Of a stretch of 64,000 bases of DNA, positions 57,500-64,000 are shown piece by piece. A program made the translations under genes and the position numbers. This DNA comes from Vicinamibacteria bacterium (GTDB taxonomy: Bacteria; Acidobacteriota; Vicinamibacteria; Fen-336), in the NCBI GenBank assembly GCA_035570235.1, contig DATMML010000030.1, forward strand, positions 74,681 to 138,680, written 5' to 3'. Below the pieces are notes generated by a model. The model was not told where the DNA came from. It ran no database searches and was given only the letters and a program-made list of their open reading frames with translations. The first letter of the stretch is position 1, and each line of letters starts with the position of its first letter.

Positions 57500-57928
57500 G
57501 GCGGCACCCCCGGATTCGTTACCCGGTCGGATCTTCGCGGGTAGGACGGACATTGGGCTGGCATTCTAACCCGGCCCGCACCGGGGCTTCGCAAGGGGAC
57601 GGGGCCCCGCAGGCTCAAACCGAGCGGCCTGGGATCCGGGGGCAGGAAAGCCAAACCCGGGCACCGGTGGAGCGGTGACCTGATGCTATCCTTGCGGAGA
57701 GTGCGGGGGCCCCCGCTTGGGGGGAGAAAGGCGCCCGTGTCGCAAGTCTCGGACATCCTGTCCGCGGGACAGGAATGGCCATGGCGGTGACAACCGGCCA
57801 GCGGCCTCTTCTCGGCGGGCTTCGGGCAAGGCACTTGCCGCGCGTCCCGGCACGTCGGTTGCAATGCAGCGGCCCTGGATCCAGCGCACCCGATGATCCG
57901 CAAGACGCTCGTGTCCATTAGGAGGTCA

Positions 57929-59239
57929 ATGATGCACCGGCTCTGGGCAGCCCCCGCGGTAGGCTTGCTTTCCCTGCTCTACGCCTGCGGCGGGACTTCA
58001 TCCCAAGGCGGCGCACCCTCCGCCTCCGATTGCAGCGTGGCCGGCGAGAATGCGCAGGTCCTGTCGGTCATGCAGTCCTGGTACTACTGGTATCAGTCCC
58101 TGCCCAGCAACGTAAATCCCGCCAACTACGCGAGCCAGAACGCCCTCCTCGACGCCATTCGCCAGCAACCCCTGGACCGGTTCAGCTACATCACCACCCA
58201 GGCCGCCAACCAGTCCTTCTATGGAGCCGGCCAGTATGTCGGCTACGGCCTCGGCTTCGGCCTGAGCGCCAGCAACAACCTGAATGTGAACCAGGTCTTT
58301 CCGGGCAGTCCCGCCGACCAAGCCGGCATCACCCGGGGCGATACCGTGACCGCCGTGAACGGCGTACCCGTGCCCACCCTGGTCGCCAACAACCAGCTGG
58401 ACAGCGCGCTCGGCGCCGCCACTCCCGGGGTCAGCAAGACGTTCGCGTACACGAGCCTTCAGTCGCAAACCTACACCGTCACGCTGACGTCCGCGGTGAT
58501 TACGCAGCCGAGCGTGGCGCAGGTGAACGTGTTCGATGACGGACGGGAGCGCATCGGGTACTTCCTCTTCAACAGCTTCATCGATCCCTCCAACGCCGAG
58601 CTCGACCAGGCCTTCGCGCAGTTTGCAAGCCAGGGAGTCACCCACGTGGTGATCGACGAACGCTACAACGGGGGCGGCGAGGTGAGCGTGGCCCAGCACC
58701 TGGCCTCGCTGATCGCGGGGAACAGCTACGCCGGGAAATCGCTCGCCACCCTCACCTATAACGACAAGCACACGAGCCAGAACCAGACGATCACGTTTCC
58801 CAGCATCGCCGGCCCCTTGAGCCTGACGCAGGTATTCTTCATCACCACCGAGTCGAGCGCCTCCGCCAGCGAGTTCATCATCAACGCCCTCAAGCCCTTC
58901 ATCGACGTCGTCACCGTGGGCGCCGCCACCTTCGGCAAGCCGGTGGGAGAGGACGGCTTCAACGTCTGCGCCGACGTGCTCTACCCCATCACCTTCAAGA
59001 TAGAGAACGTCAGCGGCTACGGCGATTACTTCAACGGCCTCCCCCCGACGTGCCCGGCCGCCGATGATGTGGAGCACGCCCTGGGCGACCCCGACGAGGC
59101 CTCCCTGGCCACGGCCCTGAGCTACATCCGCACCCAGAGCTGCCCCCAGGCGGCGACGCGACCGAATGCCAGCCGCGCGACCTCGCCGCACCGCCGAGTG
59201 GCGCGCGACGGGTGGCGCCAGCTGATCAACGCATACTGA
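57929..59239 (+). CDS. S41-family (C-terminal processing) peptidase lipoprotein with PDZ domain
   Basis: RBS ggagg. Lipoprotein signal MMHRLWAAPAVGLLSLLYACGG. PDZ VFPGSPADQAGITRGDTVTAVNG. S41 core VVIDERYNGGGE. Confidence 0.75.
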   Translation: MMHRLWAAPAVGLLSLLYACGGTSSQGGAPSASDCSVAGENAQVLSVMQSWYYWYQSLPSNVNPANYASQNALLDAIRQQPLDRFSYITTQAANQSFYGAGQYVGYGLGFGLSASNNLNVNQVFPGSPADQAGITRGDTVTAVNGVPVPTLVANNQLDSALGAATPGVSKTFAYTSLQSQTYTVTLTSAVITQPSVAQVNVFDDGRERIGYFLFNSFIDPSNAELDQAFAQFASQGVTHVVIDERYNGGGEVSVAQHLASLIAGNSYAGKSLATLTYNDKHTSQNQTITFPSIAGPLSLTQVFFITTESSASASEFIINALKPFIDVVTVGAATFGKPVGEDGFNVCADVLYPITFKIENVSGYGDYFNGLPPTCPAADDVEHALGDPDEASLATALSYIRTQSCPQAATRPNASRATSPHRRVARDGWRQLINAY

Positions 59240-59452
59240 TCCCAAAACCGGGGTTCGCCTACCCGCGGGGCGCCTCCCATCGGTCCCGTCCAGGCCGGTG
59301 TGGATCGGTCTTGGGCCGGGGATGGGCTTGTGCGCCCGGGCCGGCGAACCCATGCCGAGTCCCGGGTCGGGCCTAGGCGGACAGGGGGATCTAGACCGCT
59401 CTGACCCGCGGCGGCGAGGCTCGGCGGGGATGGCCCCGAACCCCCCCGGCCC

Positions 59453-61270
59453 TCACCTCCCGACGATGAACAGGCTTCCCGCGTTCAGGGTGTAGATCTT
59501 GCCATCGGGCCCCAGGGAGAGCGGGGTATAGGCCGCCCCGATCGCCTCTTTGAGGAAGAGCGTCTGCTGGGGGGCCGTGAAGACCCCGCGGTGGCCCTGG
59601 GGGATCGCGTAGAGGTTGCCGTCCTCGCTGTTGGCATAGACCAAGCCGTTGGCATCGATGGCGGGAGCATTCACACACCACTCAAAGCCGTTGGGGTTGG
59701 AGGGCGGGCGATTGGTGTTCTGGAAGCTCCACTCGACGTTCAGTTGCGGTCCGAGCTGGGTGATGTAGAAAGGCCCGGGGGGGACGGGCTCGCAGAGAGG
59801 GTTGCCGTTGAAGGAGCAGTACAAGCCGGCGCCCCCGTAGTGATTGTCCTTGATGACAATGGAGTAGGTGCCGTCGTGCACGTAGACCGCCGGGGTCGAA
59901 TCCCACCCAAAATCAAACGCCCCCACGAATCCGCCCTCCGGATCGAACTTGAAGAGGTGCCCGCGGGAAGCGTTGTAATTGGTCATGGCCCCGAAAACGA
60001 CGCTGCCATCGGGAAGAACGGCGGGAGAGGAGGACGCCTGATCGACGACGGAGCCCGAGCCCGAGTCATTCGTGGTCGGGTCGACCCCCGGCCGGGCGCC
60101 CACGCGACAGGTGTTGGGCTCGCCGGCGGCGGTGCCGATGGGCACGATGACGCCGCAGCCATCGCTCAGGCGCCGTTGCAGCGTGGCCTGCCACCTGGGG
60201 GTGAGATCAGGGTTCACGGCCAGGAGATAGGCGACCGTGGCGTCGAAATGCGCGCGGCTCACCGTGTAGACCGTTCCATCGGGAGCCACGGCGGGAGCGA
60301 CGTTGACCCCGGGGCGCTGCGAACCGCAAGGCTGGGGCGGCGGCGCGGCGGTGGGAGCGGGGGGCCAGGGCAGGGAATTCTGGTCCGCGAAGGCGCCCGG
60401 GCAAGAGGAGGCGATCCCGGGCGGCGCCCCCGGCACCAGCGATCGATACGTGGCGACGGTGGCGGCGTCGTTGGGGGACACCTTCACGAGCCACGCCCCC
60501 TGGACGTCCGTGGCCAGCCAGGGATCGGCAACGCGAGGGTCGCCCAGAAAAAGGACGTTGTAGTAGATGTTGCCCCCGGCGTCAGCGGTGAGGGGGCCCG
60601 ACACGAACGTATTCCTGGGATCGGGGTTAGCCCCCGCGAAGGGGTCGATCTTGGAGGCCGACTTCCCCGAGTCCTTGTCAACCTTCCACAGCGCCCCCGA
60701 AGCGCCGGGAGCATAGAGGAAGCCGTTCGCGAGGACGGGCTGGAAGACCGGCTCCCAGCCGCTCAGACCCAGCCCGTTCGGCTCCGGCTTCCAGTCCGTC
60801 GAGAAGGCCCAGACCTCGGCCGGCTGGCCGCTCTCCCAGGTGTAGCGCTTCACCGTCCACACCAGCTGGTTCCACGCGTTGGGGCCGCAGGTGCTGCCGT
60901 TGGCCCAATCCCCGGGGGGACTGCACGAGGGGTAAGTCCCCGTCTTGACCTCCATGTAGAAGTCATTCCCGTCGATCAAGGGCACCGGGTAGTGGGACAG
61001 GAGCGATCCCGAGAACTCCGCCTGCTCCTGGGTGACGAAGGGGTCGTACACGATCATGGCCAGCTGATGATCCAGGGGCTGCCCCGCCACCATCACCCGG
61101 CCCGTGTGCTGGGGATTCAACCCCCACTGCGGCCAGAAGGGATTGTTCGAGGCCGGAGGGGTGGCGTGGCTGCTCGAGGAGCCGCAACCGGGGATGATGA
61201 GACCCCCTCCAACCAGGGCGGTCGCGATTGCCAGTGCGCGCAGCGTGTCGCCCTTGCCACTCTCCGCCAT
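59453..61270 (-). CDS. Secreted PQQ-like beta-propeller repeat lipoprotein, function unknown
   Basis: Lipoprotein signal LVGGGLIIPGCGSSS. Repeated DG(x)(I/V)Y motifs (DGNLYAIP, DGKIYTL, DGTVYTV, GGNIYYNV). Confidence 0.5.
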   Translation of the reverse strand: MAESGKGDTLRALAIATALVGGGLIIPGCGSSSSHATPPASNNPFWPQWGLNPQHTGRVMVAGQPLDHQLAMIVYDPFVTQEQAEFSGSLLSHYPVPLIDGNDFYMEVKTGTYPSCSPPGDWANGSTCGPNAWNQLVWTVKRYTWESGQPAEVWAFSTDWKPEPNGLGLSGWEPVFQPVLANGFLYAPGASGALWKVDKDSGKSASKIDPFAGANPDPRNTFVSGPLTADAGGNIYYNVLFLGDPRVADPWLATDVQGAWLVKVSPNDAATVATYRSLVPGAPPGIASSCPGAFADQNSLPWPPAPTAAPPPQPCGSQRPGVNVAPAVAPDGTVYTVSRAHFDATVAYLLAVNPDLTPRWQATLQRRLSDGCGVIVPIGTAAGEPNTCRVGARPGVDPTTNDSGSGSVVDQASSSPAVLPDGSVVFGAMTNYNASRGHLFKFDPEGGFVGAFDFGWDSTPAVYVHDGTYSIVIKDNHYGGAGLYCSFNGNPLCEPVPPGPFYITQLGPQLNVEWSFQNTNRPPSNPNGFEWCVNAPAIDANGLVYANSEDGNLYAIPQGHRGVFTAPQQTLFLKEAIGAAYTPLSLGPDGKIYTLNAGSLFIVGR

Positions 61271-61411
61271 CGAGCTCCCCTCTTTCCCTGATCTTGCCCT
61301 GGGATTCGTCGGGCGCCTAACCCGGCTCCCGACCGCGAGGCCACCTGCTCTGGGACCCCTTCTTCGGAAGCGAGCGCGCTCGTTCCCAGCAACGACGCCA
61401 CGCGCGCTCGG

Positions 61412-62725
61412 TTAGAGCGTCGCGACCGCGGCCACGGCTGTATCGACCTCCTCCGGCGTGTTCAAGAGGCTACCCGCCAGCCGGGCGAATGGCGGGAAGT
61501 AGGGGCTCGTGGATGCGATGATCCGCTTCTCCCGCAGGCGACGGACCACGTCCTCCGGCTTCAGGCCCCCCACCTCGAAGGCTACGAGTCCGGCCGACAT
61601 GCCGGCCTCGCGGGGCGTATGCACCACCACCCGGCGGAGCCCGGCCAGCCCTTCCTTAATGCGTGCGTTCAGTTCCTGGATGCGCGCCGCAATCCGGGCC
61701 CTTCCGATCTCCCGATGGAAAGCGAACGCCGCCGGCAGCGCCCACATGTGCTCGTAGGCGTGGAACCCGCCCGGCGAGACCCACCGCCCCTCCGTTACCC
61801 CCGGATCCCGGCCCTCGCCCCACGCCACGTAGGGCCCCGTCTCGAACGCGGGCACGGTCGGCTGTACCTGCTCCCAGGCCTCACGCCGTCCCCAGAGGAC
61901 TCCGGTCCCCCGCGGGCCGAAGATCCATTTGTGCGCCCCGGCGGCGAAGAAATCGCACCCGATCTCCGCCACCGCCTCGTCCTCGACGCCGAACCCGTGC
62001 ACGCCGTCCACCACGAGCAGGATGCGGTCGCTCGCCTCCCGTGACCGGTTGGCGTCCGCGATGACCGAGGCCAGCGCCCGCAGGGGGAGCTTGACCCCGG
62101 TCGAGGAATGGACCCATGTCACCCCGACCACGCGGGTGGCCGGACGGATGGCCCGGCGGAGGCGATCGACGGCCTCGTCCGCGCGGGCGCGGCTGCCCGT
62201 GTCATAGAGCGCGATTCTCCGCACCTCCGCCCCCGTGCGCTGGGCGGCCAGCCGGATCGACTCGTGGTGTGAATAATGATCGTGCAGGGTGGTGAGGATC
62301 TCCTGGCCCGGTTTGAGGCGCAGGCCCGAGTAAACGAGGGCGAGTCCCTCCGTCGTGCAACGGGTCAAGGCCACGTCTTGGGCTCGGCCGCCCAGGTATT
62401 CGGCCGCCGCCGCGCGAACCTCGTCCGGCCTTTGGAACAGATTGTGCTCCACGGTCTCGAACGGGTTCTCGTCCAGGGCGCGGCGAAGCTCCTCGATAGC
62501 GTCGTGTACCGGCCGTGGGTGGGAGGTGATGAAGAAGGCGGAGAAGTGAGCAAGGTCGCGCGCGACCGGGAACTGATCGCGGACCCAGGCCCAGGAGCGC
62601 GGCGGGGAGGGCGGGATCGCCACCTTTGCCGTCGGCAACGATTGCGTCCACGTGGGGCGTGCGAGAGCACCGGCGGCGATTGAGACCCCGGTCGTCATCA
62701 GGAAACCGCGACGGTTCATGGCCAT
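61412..62725 (-). CDS. Class V aminotransferase-fold PLP enzyme with a twin-arginine signal peptide
   Basis: MAMNRRGFLMTTGVSIAAGALARP (TAT signal). Class V fold (…LLVVDGVHGFGV…AAGAHKWIFGPRGTGVLW). Confidence 0.7.
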   Translation of the reverse strand: MAMNRRGFLMTTGVSIAAGALARPTWTQSLPTAKVAIPPSPPRSWAWVRDQFPVARDLAHFSAFFITSHPRPVHDAIEELRRALDENPFETVEHNLFQRPDEVRAAAAEYLGGRAQDVALTRCTTEGLALVYSGLRLKPGQEILTTLHDHYSHHESIRLAAQRTGAEVRRIALYDTGSRARADEAVDRLRRAIRPATRVVGVTWVHSSTGVKLPLRALASVIADANRSREASDRILLVVDGVHGFGVEDEAVAEIGCDFFAAGAHKWIFGPRGTGVLWGRREAWEQVQPTVPAFETGPYVAWGEGRDPGVTEGRWVSPGGFHAYEHMWALPAAFAFHREIGRARIAARIQELNARIKEGLAGLRRVVVHTPREAGMSAGLVAFEVGGLKPEDVVRRLREKRIIASTSPYFPPFARLAGSLLNTPEEVDTAVAAVATL

Positions 62726-62978
62726 GGGGCACCTCCTCCCGGAGCCAAAATATTAAAGCAAAACATGGGGACCGCGCGCGGCTGGTTCAGCCGCGTGCGT
62801 CCCCTTTGCCTGCCGGTAGTCGAGGGGTCCGGGATCGGTCACGAAGGGCGGGTAGGCCACGACCCTTTGAGGGGGCGGCGCTCTTGGGAGGGGGCGCAAT
62901 CTCTGCCGAGCACAGATCGCGAGCGACCGATTGTTCAGCCCGGGGCCGGGCGTCCCCGGATGAGGGCTGGTCTCAGGA

Positions 62979-64000
62979 CTACCCCCCCGCGAAACCGATT
63001 TCGCTCAGGATAATCACCCGGGACGGCGTGCGGTCGAACAGCAGCCGGATCGTCCCGATCCTCGAGGGATCGAAGCCCTTCGCCTGTTCCGCGAATGCAG
63101 AGAGTGGAAGCTCAAAGGTCTGGAAGGCGGGCTCGGAGTCCTTCTTGTATTGCCAGCTGTCCATCCGCGCCAGCTTGGTGAAGCGGACCTTGAAGGGGGG
63201 CGGAAGCGTGCCGAAACGGCTCAGGGGCAGGCTCGACGTGACCCCATCGACGGTCCGCATTTCGATCGTGAAGTCGGTGGCCTCCTCCTTCGCGTCCTTC
63301 TTGTCTTTCTCCTTGGCCTTGTCCTCCTTCTCCTCATCGTCCGGCTTCTTGCCCGGCGGTGGTGCTTTCTCATCCGTCACCGCGAGCGACATCGAGAGGA
63401 TGGAGTCTGGGCTGAGCGTCCAACGGGGCGGCCTTGTCTCCGGCAGCGAGATCGAATAGACGGGCAGAGCCGGCGGTGTCCCGTCCTTCTGCGCGGAGCG
63501 GTTCCATCCGAGAAACACGCCGTTGTAGTCACGGTCGCCCTGGCGAAAGGGAATCTTGCCCTCGCGCCAGACGGACAGATTCTCGGCGGCAATCCGCCCT
63601 CCCGAAACCGTGGTGGTCGTAGGGTCGGGGTCTTCACTGAAGTCGCTGATGACCCTGTAGGAGGCGTCCTGATAGCGGCTCATATAGAGGGTAGGGGGTA
63701 GCCAGGAGCGGACACGGCGATAGTCGCGGAAGAGGGGCAGGTATTCGCGGCGGTCGTGGAGGGTGGTCTCCAGAAACGCGGAGATATAGACCTTGGCGAT
63801 GCGCCGCTGATCCTCTCCGCTCAGGAGGGGTTTCAAGTTCAGGAAGTGGCTCATGGGCTGGCCGACATCGCTTCTGCCCCAGCCGGTATTAAACTGGCCG
63901 TGGTTAGCGCGGTAGACGTAGACCTCCGCCTTGAACCAGGGGCCCGGTTCCGTGTAACGCACGTGGTCCCATTGCCGGCTCCCCATGAAGGACGAGACGT
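62979..64000 (-). CDS. Hypothetical protein with a Lys/Glu/Asp-rich linker; N-terminus runs off the window end
   Basis: The ORF is open past 63986 to the window edge. Low-complexity KPDDEEKEDKAKEKDKKDAKEE segment between two globular-looking regions. Confidence 0.45.
   Translation of the reverse strand, partial: VSSFMGSRQWDHVRYTEPGPWFKAEVYVYRANHGQFNTGWGRSDVGQPMSHFLNLKPLLSGEDQRRIAKVYISAFLETTLHDRREYLPLFRDYRRVRSWLPPTLYMSRYQDASYRVISDFSEDPDPTTTTVSGGRIAAENLSVWREGKIPFRQGDRDYNGVFLGWNRSAQKDGTPPALPVYSISLPETRPPRWTLSPDSILSMSLAVTDEKAPPPGKKPDDEEKEDKAKEKDKKDAKEEATDFTIEMRTVDGVTSSLPLSRFGTLPPPFKVRFTKLARMDSWQYKKDSEPAFQTFELPLSAFAEQAKGFDPSRIGTIRLLFDRTPSRVIILSEIGFAGG

Overview
High-GC (~69% G+C) chromosomal segment from a Gram-negative bacterium. 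TIGR03436-like VWA paralogs, many TPR and secreted beta-propeller/lipoproteins, and GGAGG-type RBSs suggest an Acidobacteriota-like (or Myxococcota/Gemmatimonadota-like) soil organism; that placement is inference only. About 50 protein genes are packed on both strands, with many 4-bp and 8-bp stop/start overlaps (translationally coupled operons). There is one RNA gene, a 99-nt tRNA-Sec (selC-like, anticodon UCA) on the minus strand at ~16465-16563. An imperfect ~65-75 bp copy of its 3' end plus downstream flank lies 4.9 kb away and brackets a three-gene segment, giving an att-like architecture without an integrase. Other notable content: (1) a 1586-aa secreted mosaic surface protein with a BNR/sortilin-like propeller, 3x387-bp DUF11-type tandem repeats and 6x135-bp FG-GAP/VCBS-like repeats; (2) a minus-strand operon of a VWA protein, a VWA+TPR protein and a domain-less 903-aa secreted Ala/Leu/Arg-rich protein, followed by a Spy/CpxP-like chaperone; (3) a PrsA-like PPIase, ABC ATPase, ABC-2 permease and GH63-like glycosidase operon; (4) a leaderless-looking ClC antiporter gene coupled to Fe/Mn superoxide dismutase; (5) a 6-TM voltage-gated K+ channel with a C-terminal zinc-ribbon tail; (6) a MarR / cupredoxin-like lipoprotein / OM beta-barrel cluster; (7) TAT-exported FAH-family and class-V PLP enzymes; (8) a G10 homopolymer just upstream of a membrane-protein start; (9) rare AT-rich islands carrying near-consensus sigma70 promoter elements. 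No CRISPR array, transposase, integrase, rRNA or recognisable defence or toxin-antitoxin gene was seen. Many long ORFs in the supplied track are antisense artefacts of the high GC content and were rejected. Start codons were chosen from signal peptides, RBSs and family knowledge and are uncertain by a few codons in several cases.
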